From: Chloroflexota bacterium
GTDB taxonomy: Bacteria; Chloroflexota; Dehalococcoidia; UBA2979
Length of the DNA: 64,000 nucleotides
Assembly: GCA_002716405.1 (NCBI GenBank)
Contig: PBBA01000004.1
Location: 2,482-66,481 of the forward strand
Direction of reading: 5' to 3'
In this document: positions 39,292-49,082 of the stretch, piece by piece
Layout of the letters: the number at the start of each line of letters is the position of its first letter
Numbering within the stretch: the stretch's first letter is position 1
Position numbers and translations under genes: made by a program
The notes under the pieces: model-generated
The model's input: the letters and a program-made list of their open reading frames with translations, nothing else
The model's database searches: none
Told to the model about the DNA's origin: nothing

Positions 39292-40590
39292 TTAACCAAA
39301 ATCTGGCATGGGCATTTCAAACATGTGCCCCATTTTATCTCTTTTTGCAGTTAAGTAACGAACGTTGTGTTCATTTGGCTCAATTTCAATAGGTATCCGC
39401 TCAGTTACTTGTAACCCAAATCCATCAAGGCCAGCACCTCTTAAGACCCCCATAGTATTTAATTCCTGAATTTTTATAGGGTTATTAGTCATCAACCGCA
39501 TCTTACGAACACCAAGATCTACTAATATTTGAGCACCGATCCCATAATCTCTACTTTCTGCAGGTAACCCAAGTGCTTCATTTGCCTCTACTGTATCTAA
39601 ACCATCATCTTGCAAGTTATAGGCTCTTAACTTGTTATGTAATCCTATCCCTCTTCCTTCTTGATCCATATACACGACAACACCACTACCTTCATCAGCA
39701 ATCATCCGTAATGCCGCTTGCAACTGCTCGCCACAATCACAACGTAGCGAACCAAAAACATCACCAGTGAGACATTTATCATGAACGCGCACTAAAGTGG
39801 GTTCTTCTGGATTGATATCACCAAACACCAAGGCGACATGCTCTTTAGAATCTATCCCTGTACTGAAACCGATAGCTTTGAATTCACCGTAAAGTGTAGG
39901 AAGATTTGTTTCACCTTTACGGTGAATTAGACGTTCTGTTTGCATACGGTACCTAATCAAATCGGCAACTGTTGCTATCTTCAAGTCGTGCTTATCAGCA
40001 AATTTAATTAAATCTGGCATTCTAGCCATCGTACCGTCTTCATTCATTATTTCACAAATTGAAGCTACAGGTGTGACTCCTGCAAGACGACATAGATCAA
40101 CTGAAGCTTCTGTTTGCCCTGCCCGAACTAGAACACCTCCTTCTTTAGCTCTTAGAGGAAATATATGTCCTGGACGTGTGAAATCTGTTGAAATACTTTT
40201 TATATCAGCTAAAACATTAATTGTACGAGCACGATCAGGAGCTGAAATTCCCGTTGTAACTCCTGAGGCAGCTTCCACACTAATAGTAAATGCAGTGCCC
40301 AAAGGCGCATTACCATGGTCTGTCATTAAAGGTAAAGCCAAGTGGTCTGCGCGTTCTTCCGTCATAGGAACGCAAACTAATCCTCTCGCCTCGCTAACCA
40401 TAAAATTAACCAATTCTTCAGTAACAAACTGAGCTGGTATTGCAATGTCACCTTCATTCTCTCTATCTTCATCGTCAACAAGAATAATTGGTTGTCCTTC
40501 TTGAAACATTTTTATAGCTTCATGTGTCGAAATTAAGCGATCGGAAAAAGCTTCAATCTCTTGTGGCTCTTCCTTATTAAGATCATTCAT
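39292..40590 (-). CDS. ribBA: Bifunctional 3,4-dihydroxy-2-butanone-4-phosphate synthase / GTP cyclohydrolase II
   Basis: N-terminal DHBP synthase (DDEDRENEGD, RAGQTEA) and C-terminal GCH-II (CLTGDVFGS.RCDCG.QL, EGRGIGL). Confidence 0.95.
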   Translation of the reverse strand: MNDLNKEEPQEIEAFSDRLISTHEAIKMFQEGQPIILVDDEDRENEGDIAIPAQFVTEELVNFMVSEARGLVCVPMTEERADHLALPLMTDHGNAPLGTAFTISVEAASGVTTGISAPDRARTINVLADIKSISTDFTRPGHIFPLRAKEGGVLVRAGQTEASVDLCRLAGVTPVASICEIMNEDGTMARMPDLIKFADKHDLKIATVADLIRYRMQTERLIHRKGETNLPTLYGEFKAIGFSTGIDSKEHVALVFGDINPEEPTLVRVHDKCLTGDVFGSLRCDCGEQLQAALRMIADEGSGVVVYMDQEGRGIGLHNKLRAYNLQDDGLDTVEANEALGLPAESRDYGIGAQILVDLGVRKMRLMTNNPIKIQELNTMGVLRGAGLDGFGLQVTERIPIEIEPNEHNVRYLTAKRDKMGHMFEMPMPDFG

Positions 40591-40614
40591 AAAAATCCTT
40601 AATCCGAAGATTAA

Positions 40615-41199
40615 CTAGTTTTCTCTATTTTCAAGTATTTGCTCCACATAGCGAGCAAATATATCAGTTTCTAAGTTAACATGATCACCGATATTCCTAC
40701 GTGTTAGATTAGTATTTTCTTGAGTATATTGCACGAGTGAAACAGAAAAAGAATTTTCATCACGCTCCATAACAGTCAATGAGACTCCATCAAGACATAC
40801 AGGACCTTTCATAACAATATACTTCAAATACTCCGATTCAACTTCATAGCTGGCAATAACAGATTCATTATCATCCTTAAATTGTGTAACTTCACATGTA
40901 GTTTCGACTACACCTCTCACGATATGACCAGATAATTTGGTACCTGTTGTTACAGAACGTTCAAGATTAACTAAATTACCTTTTATAAGATTTTGCAAAT
41001 TTGAACGACTATAAGTTTCATTCATTACATCAAAAGAGAGACTACTCTCGCCTACAGAGCGTACAGTAAGATCTACTCCATTTACTGCAATCGAATCCCC
41101 TAAATTAGCATCAGAGGTAACCAACGGGCATTCCAAAATTAACTCACCTATATCATGTGAGAGAACGGTACCAATTTCTTCTATAATTCCTGTAAACAT
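40615..41199 (-). CDS. ribE: Riboflavin synthase (alpha chain)
   Basis: N-terminus MFTGIIEE.G and the duplicated lumazine-binding repeat (GDSIAVNGV.LTV and CLDGVSLTV). Confidence 0.95.
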   Translation of the reverse strand: MFTGIIEEIGTVLSHDIGELILECPLVTSDANLGDSIAVNGVDLTVRSVGESSLSFDVMNETYSRSNLQNLIKGNLVNLERSVTTGTKLSGHIVRGVVETTCEVTQFKDDNESVIASYEVESEYLKYIVMKGPVCLDGVSLTVMERDENSFSVSLVQYTQENTNLTRRNIGDHVNLETDIFARYVEQILENREN

Positions 41200-41267
41200 A
41201 AGAAAATTCTAACTCGAATTAGTATTGACTGCTTGATTATTATAGAAATCCTCCAAAAATAAGTTAA

Positions 41268-42428
41268 TTAATTCCATTCTGGAATACCTGTAACCAATAA
41301 ATCATCTCCTAAGGTTTGAATTTGAACTTGTTTAAGAGATATTGCTTCATTCATATACATAGCGCCATGCCCTGAGATTGCCGAAGGAGCAGTTCTAGCA
41401 CCAATCAAAATAGGTGCTAGAACTGCATGAACTTTATCTACTAGCTGACGGTCAAAAAGTGATCCTAGTAATACTCCACCACCTTCAAACAAGATATTAT
41501 GCATACCTCGCTGACCACATACTTCAACCAATGCCTTCAAATCAACCCGAGAAATACCATTACCATCTTCATAAAGTGGTAATAGTAAAATTTCTGCGCC
41601 CGTATTTTCTATCGCATCACACCATTGTTTAGAAGATAGATTAGTTGTTGCAATGATCGTTTTTTGATCTCCATTAAATATCTTCGCCATAGGGCTAACC
41701 GTGCCGCGAGAATCAACAGCAATTCGAATAGGTTGGTGTACAGATGAATCAATAGGAGCCTCAGGATTATTCGGACGTGCAGAAAGTTGAGGATTGTCTA
41801 AAGCTACTGTATTAGAACCAACAATAATTGCATCGTATGTGGGTCTGTTTTTGTGTGCCCAAAGTAAAGTTTCACGCCCAGATACCCAACGAGAATCTCC
41901 GGATCCAGAAGCAATTTTTCCATCAAGTGAGGCAGCATATTTCACAGTCACTAACGGTAATCTAGTTTCTACATACTTAAAATATCCACCCAGCTGATCA
42001 AGTACATCCTTTTCACATTCTCCCTCGTGTACCGTTATTCCTGCATTTTCAAGTACACTATGACCACTTCCATTACCATGATCATATGGATCTCTCACTG
42101 CATAATGCACACTTTTAATTCCAGCTCGAATAATGGCATCGACACATGGGGGAGTCTTACCATAGTGAGCACATGGCTCTAAAGTAACGTACATCTCACT
42201 ACCTTGAGCTTTGTTTCCTGCATCTCTGAGTGCCATAATTTCTGCATGCGCTGAGCCCACAGGTTGAGTATTTCCAACACCAACAATAGAACCATGGCTT
42301 ACAATCACAGCACCAACTGCAGGGTTGGGCGAAGAAACGCCTAAAGAAACAAATGCTTGCTCTATAGCCATCGTCATAAAATCAAAAGAAATAGAATCAA
42401 ATTTAGGTAAGTTAGAGCTACCCATCAA
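41268..42428 (-). CDS. ribD: Bifunctional riboflavin biosynthesis deaminase/reductase RibD
   Basis: Deaminase zinc motifs HAE and PCxxxxxxPPC (LEPCAHYGKTPPC), followed by the reductase domain (KYAASLDGKIA). Confidence 0.9.
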   Translation of the reverse strand: MMGSSNLPKFDSISFDFMTMAIEQAFVSLGVSSPNPAVGAVIVSHGSIVGVGNTQPVGSAHAEIMALRDAGNKAQGSEMYVTLEPCAHYGKTPPCVDAIIRAGIKSVHYAVRDPYDHGNGSGHSVLENAGITVHEGECEKDVLDQLGGYFKYVETRLPLVTVKYAASLDGKIASGSGDSRWVSGRETLLWAHKNRPTYDAIIVGSNTVALDNPQLSARPNNPEAPIDSSVHQPIRIAVDSRGTVSPMAKIFNGDQKTIIATTNLSSKQWCDAIENTGAEILLLPLYEDGNGISRVDLKALVEVCGQRGMHNILFEGGGVLLGSLFDRQLVDKVHAVLAPILIGARTAPSAISGHGAMYMNEAISLKQVQIQTLGDDLLVTGIPEWN

Positions 42429-42440
42429 AAGACTACCTAA

Positions 42441-43004
42441 TCATCTATAATCACGATGAATGCGACTAGCTGTTGGACGACTTTGCCCTTGATATCGAGA
42501 TTGCAAATCTGTATGGCCATAAGGTTTTTCAGCAGCTGTAGTAAGGTTTTGGAATGAAAGTTGCCCAATTTTCATTCCAAAATACAATCGAATAGGTAAT
42601 GTCGCAACATTTGAAAGTTCAAGAGTTAATTGACCTTGCCAACCTGGGTCAACATATCCAGCAGTTGCATGAACAAGTAATCCTAACCGACCCAATGATG
42701 ACTTACCTTCAACACGTGCAACTAAATCATCACCAAGTTCGACATATTCCAGAGTAGAACCTAGAACAAATTCTCCTGGGTGAAGAACGAATGGTTCATC
42801 ATCACTTACTTCATGTTCTTCAGTAAGTGCTTCTGCAGATTCCCTAATGTCTATATATGCGTCTTTATGATTGCGAAAAACTCTAAAATATCTATCTAAC
42901 CTGATATCAATAGATGCAGGTTGCACCGCATTATCACCAATAGGATCAATGATTAATCTTTTACTTGCGAGAGCTTCAATAATTGAACGGTCACTCAGAA
43001 CCAC
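42441..43004 (-). CDS. dcd: dCTP deaminase
   Basis: LSDRSI...., [16 protein letters not shown]...H.TAG..DPG..G..TLE. I prefer GTG 43004 (GAGG RBS, N-terminus VVLSD) over the track ATG at 43034. Only 12 nt separate it from ribD. Confidence 0.85.
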   Translation of the reverse strand: MVLSDRSIIEALASKRLIIDPIGDNAVQPASIDIRLDRYFRVFRNHKDAYIDIRESAEALTEEHEVSDDEPFVLHPGEFVLGSTLEYVELGDDLVARVEGKSSLGRLGLLVHATAGYVDPGWQGQLTLELSNVATLPIRLYFGMKIGQLSFQNLTTAAEKPYGHTDLQSRYQGQSRPTASRIHRDYR

Positions 43005-43118
43005 ATCTAACCTCAGAACGGAGAGAGCTAACATTAAATTTCGTCGATATCTTGAGACTACCTCGATGTGTCGCAGTAGTCATCTTAAAATGCCACCATT
43101 TTCAAATATTTCATGTAG

Positions 43119-43958
43119 TTATCTAATCGAAAATGTCACACTTACCTGAACTGATATGTCTTGCTCACCGGGAGAAATAGGCGTTGATGAAAAACTACTA
43201 GGAGCTGCCATTTCTAAGGACATCCTAGGCATAGGATGTCCAAGAGTGGATGATTCAGATATATGTACTACCGAACCAAGTTCAATATTTGCAGCATCAG
43301 CAAATATTTCTGCTTTCTTACGAGCATTTTCAATAGCCGATTTACGTGCACGATCAAAAAAATTATCAGAATTTTCAACACTGAAATTTATATTATTAAT
43401 ACGTATATTATTACCACCACTTAAAACAGCATCATCAATAAAAAATCCTATATTATCAAGGTCGCGAAACTTTACAATTATAGAATTGGTCACACGAAAA
43501 CCTGTTATTTCTGGTCCTGATTCATTGCGATAATTATATTGAGGAGCGATATTAAAACGAGAGGTTTTTATATCATCATCTTCAATGCCATATTGATCTA
43601 CTACCTTTATTAAGCGTGACATGGCTAAGGAAGCTTCTTTATTTGCATTCTTAACTGTTTTAGCTATTACTTCTATACCTAAGTTTATTTCAACAATATC
43701 TGGCTTTGATGTAACTACTCCTACACCTGTGACATTTACGACGTTATAGCTATTTGAATAAGAATGTGTACTTTCATTTTCTGTTATAGGCAAATTGTTA
43801 TGATCATTTAAGGATGAATTCGTATCCACAGTATCATTATTAAAAATCACTAATACGGAACTGATAATAATTATCGAACTCAATGTTATCCCTATGACAA
43901 CGGCAATAGAAAGACGTAAATCTACCATCACAACCTCGGAAAAATTAATAGCTGCCAA
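43119..43958 (-). CDS. SIMPL/DUF541-domain secreted protein
   Basis: N-terminal TM anchor. The pattern V.G.G.V...PD...I.LG.E........A......A...V...... and a C-terminal P..PGE....V.V.V.F are typical of SIMPL proteins. Confidence 0.65.
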   Translation of the reverse strand: MAAINFSEVVMVDLRLSIAVVIGITLSSIIIISSVLVIFNNDTVDTNSSLNDHNNLPITENESTHSYSNSYNVVNVTGVGVVTSKPDIVEINLGIEVIAKTVKNANKEASLAMSRLIKVVDQYGIEDDDIKTSRFNIAPQYNYRNESGPEITGFRVTNSIIVKFRDLDNIGFFIDDAVLSGGNNIRINNINFSVENSDNFFDRARKSAIENARKKAEIFADAANIELGSVVHISESSTLGHPMPRMSLEMAAPSSFSSTPISPGEQDISVQVSVTFSIR

Positions 43959-44078
43959 TATGCACGATTGCTCATTTTCACAACTATGTTTGTTTTTACA
44001 TAATTACATTCTAAAGATTTAATACAAATTCATCCATTTGAGATGCAATAGAATCAAATTTCTAGCACTATAGTACTA

Positions 44079-44819
44079 ATGAATGATAACGAAAATAAAG
44101 AAAACAGAGACGCTACTCTAGAAGCATTAGAGTCACATAAAAACTCAGAAAATGTATTTTCTGAAACTGATCTTTACCCTAATCATATTGGCTTAGAGTC
44201 TGAATACAATAATCTTTTTGCAGACAATTCTGCAAAAAGATTATTTTTCTCACCCAAACAATTATCGGAAACTTTAGAAATAATCGCTTTAGCGTTAGTT
44301 ATATTTCTGGGAGTTAGAGGCTTAGCACAAAATTTTATCGTCAGTGGTGAATCAATGTCACCCACTTTCCAAGCTAATCAATTACTCATCGCAAATAGAT
44401 TAGCTTATATTGACATCAATACAACATGGATCCCTTGGGAGAAGGATGATCGGTGGCAACCATTTGGTAATCCGAAGCAAGGAGATATAGTTATATTTAG
44501 ATTCCCAGGTGATACCGAAAGAGATTTTTTGAAAAGAATACTTGCGGTACCTGGACAGACTATTGAAATTCGAAATGGAACAGTCTTTGTAGATAACCAA
44601 GCATTAATTGAGCCTTATGTGGTAGATCCTTGGTTCACAACAATGGTTCCACAGACTGTCCCACCAGATAATTTTTTTGTTGTGGGCGATAACCGCAAAA
44701 ATTCTTTTGATTCAAGATCATGGGGAATGTTGAAAAAAGAACTATTAATCGGCAGGGCGGATTTTAGATATTGGCCTATTAAAAAAATGGGGTTCATAGA
44801 GCATTATGAATACCAGTAA
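44079..44819 (+). CDS. lepB: Signal peptidase I
   Basis: Catalytic Ser box GESMSPTF, Lys box KRI.A.PG and VGDNR.NS.DSR.WG. Confidence 0.9.
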   Translation: MNDNENKENRDATLEALESHKNSENVFSETDLYPNHIGLESEYNNLFADNSAKRLFFSPKQLSETLEIIALALVIFLGVRGLAQNFIVSGESMSPTFQANQLLIANRLAYIDINTTWIPWEKDDRWQPFGNPKQGDIVIFRFPGDTERDFLKRILAVPGQTIEIRNGTVFVDNQALIEPYVVDPWFTTMVPQTVPPDNFFVVGDNRKNSFDSRSWGMLKKELLIGRADFRYWPIKKMGFIEHYEYQ

Positions 44820-44855
44820 AACCAATTATTAAAATTAATAGAATGGGGATTCTAT

Positions 44856-45434
44856 ATGAAATCAAATGAGGAACTTAGAACTAAACTCGAAACACTTTGC
44901 ATCTTAAGAGGTGATTTTACATTAGCATCAGGGAAAAAAAGTAACTACTACTATAACGGTAAGGCAGGAATGCTTTCGGGCAAAATAAAAGTAAATTTAG
45001 CAAGGGCTTTACTAAGATTAGCAGAAGGAATCGATTTTGATGTGGTGGGAGGACCTGCCGTTGGCGCTGTGCCTTTGGTTGAACATATGTCGATGATTTC
45101 GGCATTAGAACAAAATAATGCCTTTGATACTTTTTATGTTCGAAGTGAAACAAAAAAACATGGAACAGCTTCTTCTTTATATCAAGCAAAAAAAATTAAT
45201 GGTGATGATATTCTAACCAAAGACACAAAGGTACTAATCGTTGAAGATACTTTGACGACAGGTGGTTCTATTCAAGTTGCATTAAACGCTGTCGAGGAAC
45301 TTGGTGCAGAAGTTGTTGGAGTATTAATTGTTGCAGATAGACAAGATACAGATGCCGATTGGATTAGAAATAAATATAATTACCGCGCTTTATTTAACGT
45401 AAGTGATAGTGGTCACCTCATTAACACTAACTAG
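44856..45434 (+). CDS. pyrE: Orotate phosphoribosyltransferase
   Basis: F.L.SG..S.YY.., and the PRPP-binding loop VLIVEDTLTTGGS. Confidence 0.85.
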   Translation: MKSNEELRTKLETLCILRGDFTLASGKKSNYYYNGKAGMLSGKIKVNLARALLRLAEGIDFDVVGGPAVGAVPLVEHMSMISALEQNNAFDTFYVRSETKKHGTASSLYQAKKINGDDILTKDTKVLIVEDTLTTGGSIQVALNAVEELGAEVVGVLIVADRQDTDADWIRNKYNYRALFNVSDSGHLINTN

Positions 45435-45594
45435 AAGTAATGGATTTTTTTAATTTGAAACAGCTGTTCTGACAAGTTTTTCAAAAATCAGGTATGGTAT
45501 AAGTGTTCAGACATGCGGCATTTGGACATGTAATTTTACTCTAATTATTTCACTAACAAGCAATTGTTGTGAAGTTCGCATATGGGGGGGATAT

Positions 45595-45772
45595 GGTTGA
45601 TAGTGCGAAAACTTCTAATGAATTATGTGTACACCATTGGGTTCTGCCTGCACCAGGCAACAAAGATGCGAACAGTATCTGCAATAGGTGTGGTGCAGAG
45701 AAAAAATTCCTAGATTCTTCAAGTAACACTTCAGGACATTGGATGCGTCAAAAAGGCCAACAGATCAATTAA
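45595..45772 (+). CDS. Small Cys/His-containing protein (hypothetical, possible zinc ribbon)
   Basis: ATG 45595 is preceded by a G7 tract acting as an RBS. The motif C.HHW...(13)...C..C suggests a small metal-binding knuckle. No family recognised. Confidence 0.4.
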
Positions 45773-45898
45773 AAAAGATGGTTTTATGTCAAATAAATTC
45801 TTTGATTAAAAACTATCTTAATTGAAAAAAAAGAAAAAAAAAGAAATTTTTTTCGAAAAGGGCTTCCATCTGAGCGATTCATTGTGAATACTGCTCAT

Positions 45899-45972
45899 GG
45901 GCCCGTAGCTTAGTGGTAAAGCAGGCGGCTTTTAACCGCTCGATGAGAGTTCGATTCTCTCCGGGCCCACCA
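45899..45972 (+). tRNA. tRNA-Lys (anticodon UUU), CCA encoded
   Basis: Hand-folded cloverleaf. Acceptor stem GGGCCCG/CGGGCCC. D arm GCTT-AGTGGTA-AAGC. Anticodon stem GGCGG/CCGCT with loop CTTTTAA. T arm GAGAG-TTCGATT-CTCTC. Discriminator A followed by CCA. Confidence 0.9.
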
Positions 45973-45989
45973 GTACAAGGAATCACAAT

Positions 45990-47285
45990 TTGCTCTCACT
46001 CTACCGAGACATTCGGACCGGCATCATTGATCAATCTACGGGGAAAATTTTCTACGGCTGGTATATAGCTCTTAGTGGCATTGTAATTATCACAATCGCA
46101 ACTGGATTGATTAATCAAGCTTTTGGAGCATACTTTGTTTTGCTTCAGGCTGACTTTGGTTGGAGTAAAACTTTGCTCTCGTCAGGATATGCATTTGCAC
46201 GTATAGAAAGTGGAGTACTGGGTCCCGTTCAAGGATGGTTGATCGATCGTTACGGTCCAAGAATAATCATGACCATTGGACTACTCATCTATGGGTTAGG
46301 GTTTATCGCATTCAGTCAAATTTCTAGTCCACTCACTTTTATTATCACTTTTGCAATTATGTCAGTCGGATCAAGCTTAGGCGGTTTTATGGCATTACAA
46401 GTTGCAGTTGTAAATTGGTTCAATCGTCGCCGTGCACGTGCTCTTATTTTACTTTCAGTCGGACTATCTATGGCTGGTTTTACTGCGCCAATCGTAGCTA
46501 TCGCTCTAGATTATTTTTCATGGAGAAATGTTGCTATTTGTTCAGGTCTTGTAGTTTTATTTGTAGGACTACCATTAGCACAACTAGTACGCCATCATCC
46601 ACATGAAAAAAATACATATGTCGATGGAATTATCAGTAATGGTGATGATAATTCACCTAACATCACAGAGATTTCACCACACCAGTCAAATGACTTAACT
46701 CCAAGACAAGCTCTCAAAACTCAAGCTTTTTGGTTTATTTCATTAGGCCATGCTGCTGGAGTGTTAGTTGTTAGTGCAATTATGGTTCACATGATTCCGC
46801 ATCTCACGGAAGAATTAGATTACTCTCTAAGTAAAGCTGGTTTAATTACTGCTATCATCCCGTTTGCTATGTTACTAGGAAGGTTTACTGCTTTATTTTT
46901 TGGAGAAAAGTATGACAAAAGAAAAGTAGTTGTTGTCGCAATGCTTGGGCATACGATTGCTTTACTTTTACTTGCTTATGCGCAATCAACATGGATGGTA
47001 ATTTTATTTGCATTAATTATAGGAACTTCTTGGGCAACCAGAGGCCCTCTCACTCAAGCCCTTCGTGCTGACTATTTTGGAACTAAAGCGTTTGGAACGA
47101 TCATGGGATTTTCTTCAATGATAGTGATGCTAGGCTCAATAGCAGGCCCCATTACCGCAGGTATTCTGGCTGATCTCACAGGAGATTACAAATTTGGTTT
47201 TACACTCTTGGCAATCTTAGCTGGCTTAGGATCAGTATTTTTTCTAACAGCCTCTCCACCGAAAACATCCATCCCGCAAAGTTAA
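45990..47285 (+). CDS. MFS transporter (oxalate/formate antiporter-like family)
   Basis: 12-TM pattern. N-terminal FYGWYIA and G.L.DR.GPR loop. The TTG start lies only 18 nt after the tRNA, and there is no ATG before the first TM segment. Confidence 0.75.
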   Translation: MLSLYRDIRTGIIDQSTGKIFYGWYIALSGIVIITIATGLINQAFGAYFVLLQADFGWSKTLLSSGYAFARIESGVLGPVQGWLIDRYGPRIIMTIGLLIYGLGFIAFSQISSPLTFIITFAIMSVGSSLGGFMALQVAVVNWFNRRRARALILLSVGLSMAGFTAPIVAIALDYFSWRNVAICSGLVVLFVGLPLAQLVRHHPHEKNTYVDGIISNGDDNSPNITEISPHQSNDLTPRQALKTQAFWFISLGHAAGVLVVSAIMVHMIPHLTEELDYSLSKAGLITAIIPFAMLLGRFTALFFGEKYDKRKVVVVAMLGHTIALLLLAYAQSTWMVILFALIIGTSWATRGPLTQALRADYFGTKAFGTIMGFSSMIVMLGSIAGPITAGILADLTGDYKFGFTLLAILAGLGSVFFLTASPPKTSIPQS

Positions 47286-47288
47286 TTC

Positions 47289-47867
47289 CTATGATTCTTC
47301 TGGTCGAGCAAAGCCATGAAAACCTTCAGAACCAGGTTCAACGTCAAAGGAACGTAACTGAAAAGCAACCATAGTATAGAATCCTAATAGACTAGACATT
47401 TCTGTGAGCCCACGCTCTCCAAAAAGTCTAATGACCTTACTATACAAGTCATCAGATAATGATTTACCTCCTAACAAGGTCATTGAAAGATCATAGGTTA
47501 CCAGGATATCTTCTCTGTCTGAAACAGGGCGATTCCCTATTTGAACATCGTCTAGTACCGACTGAGGAATCCCATACTCCACAGCACGATCAGCATGTGT
47601 CCACTCAACATTCGATTGCCAATAATACGCAGCAACTGAAATAGCTAATTCTACAATCCCTCGATGAAGCGATGTTTTCTCCCAAAACCATAGCCCAAAT
47701 GTGCGCATTTGGTGACATAATTCAGGGCTACGGAACCATGGATCATAAGGACCACCCCAATAACCAGATTCGGGTACACCTTTATAAAAACGTACTAAGC
47801 TGTCAAATTCTGTTTTAGTGACTTCATCCATAGTATCTGGATCAGGTATCGGACCTAAGCGACTCAT
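47289..47867 (-). CDS. Carboxymuconolactone decarboxylase (AhpD-like) family protein
   Basis: About 190 aa and helical. Collinear with CMD-family proteins (...W..SPEL......G......SL.....ELAI...A..W....EW..H...A...G.........FGERG..E...L.GFY.MVA). Confidence 0.6.
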   Translation of the reverse strand: MSRLGPIPDPDTMDEVTKTEFDSLVRFYKGVPESGYWGGPYDPWFRSPELCHQMRTFGLWFWEKTSLHRGIVELAISVAAYYWQSNVEWTHADRAVEYGIPQSVLDDVQIGNRPVSDREDILVTYDLSMTLLGGKSLSDDLYSKVIRLFGERGLTEMSSLLGFYTMVAFQLRSFDVEPGSEGFHGFARPEES

Positions 47868-47991
47868 AAATTTTCCTATCTGTACTGATTAAATTTCAGA
47901 GAATAATATTCTTCAAAACATTACCACCATCTGCATATAATTACCTTAGAATATCTTGCACATAACATAATTAATTTAGATCGGATTCTTC

Positions 47992-49074
47992 ATGCCACTC
48001 GAAATTTTTAAAGTATCAGAAGATGATGCAGTTCATGTATCAGATGCATGGCTGTTCGACATTACAAAAAAAATATTTGAGTACGTAGGAGTTCCTTCTG
48101 AAGATGCCTCGCAAGCCGCAGATGTACTTGTCCAGGCTGATCTACGAGGTGTTGATAGTCATGGGGTTTCAAATATGCTTCGTAATTACGTGGCATCTTA
48201 TCAAGAAGGAGCATACAACCCCACTCCTTCTTGGGAAATTGTACGAGAGCGAGCCTCTACTGCAACTATCGAGGCTGATCAAGGACTTGGTATCATTATT
48301 GCACCTAAAGCAATGAAAATAGCTATTCAAAAAGCCAAAAAAACCGGATTCGGTGTTGTCACAATCCGCAACAGTGCTCACATGGGTATGGCTTCTTATC
48401 ATGCCATGCTAGCACTTGAACATGACATGATCGGAGTATCTATGAGTGCAATAGGTTCAGGTGTCTTCCCTACCTTTGGTTCAGAAGGAAGGTTTGGTAC
48501 TAATCCTATTGCTATTGCTGCTCCTGCATTAAATATGCATCCTTTTGTATTTGATATTGCCACTAGTATTGTTGCTGGTAATAAATTAAGACTAGCCAAA
48601 AGATTAGGCACTGTTATGCCGGCAGGCCTTTTTGCAGATGCTGACGGAAATATTGTCGATACTGCAGGACAAGTCCCTGAAATATATAACATGATCCCCA
48701 TTGGCGGAACTCGAGAACATGGATCACATAAAGGGTATGGTTTTGCTCTAATGGTCGAGATACTTTCAACATTGTTATCAGGTGGGATACCATGTACTTT
48801 ACTCGAGACAGGGCGTCCTGCAACTCACCATGTCGCTGCATACGATATCGATGCATTTACTGATGTTCAAGAATTTAAAGAAATGATGGACAAATGGCTT
48901 AAACACCTAGAAGATACACCACCTGCTCCAGGACATGAGAGGGTCCTTACACCCGGCCTAGAAGAAGAAGAGGCCACGATAAAACGTAAAGAAGAAGGCA
49001 TACCACTACACCCAGAGGTAATAGACTGGTTCAAGGTAATCTGTGATGAATTTTCTATTCCGTTTAAGTTATAA
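47992..49074 (+). CDS. Ldh_2-family oxidoreductase (malate/L-lactate/sulfolactate/ureidoglycolate dehydrogenase type 2)
   Basis: ADLRGVDSHGV, R.S.H.G....Y, G.NP.A.A.P and HKGYG.A.MVE are hallmark motifs. Confidence 0.8.
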   Translation: MPLEIFKVSEDDAVHVSDAWLFDITKKIFEYVGVPSEDASQAADVLVQADLRGVDSHGVSNMLRNYVASYQEGAYNPTPSWEIVRERASTATIEADQGLGIIIAPKAMKIAIQKAKKTGFGVVTIRNSAHMGMASYHAMLALEHDMIGVSMSAIGSGVFPTFGSEGRFGTNPIAIAAPALNMHPFVFDIATSIVAGNKLRLAKRLGTVMPAGLFADADGNIVDTAGQVPEIYNMIPIGGTREHGSHKGYGFALMVEILSTLLSGGIPCTLLETGRPATHHVAAYDIDAFTDVQEFKEMMDKWLKHLEDTPPAPGHERVLTPGLEEEEATIKRKEEGIPLHPEVIDWFKVICDEFSIPFKL

Positions 49075-49082
49075 ATCAATAT

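Noticed and set aside
43005-43118. Possible FMN riboswitch upstream of the dcd-rib string.
   Set aside because: The region is too short and I could not recognise the conserved FMN-element core. This needs Infernal to be definitive.
45781-45898. A-rich tract (…AAAAAAAAGAAAAAAAAAGAAATTTTTTT…) upstream of tRNA-Lys, considered as a possible repeat, ncRNA or att site.
   Set aside because: It is simple low-complexity A/T sequence with no second copy seen in the window and no stable structure. It is more likely a promoter/UP-element region for the tRNA.
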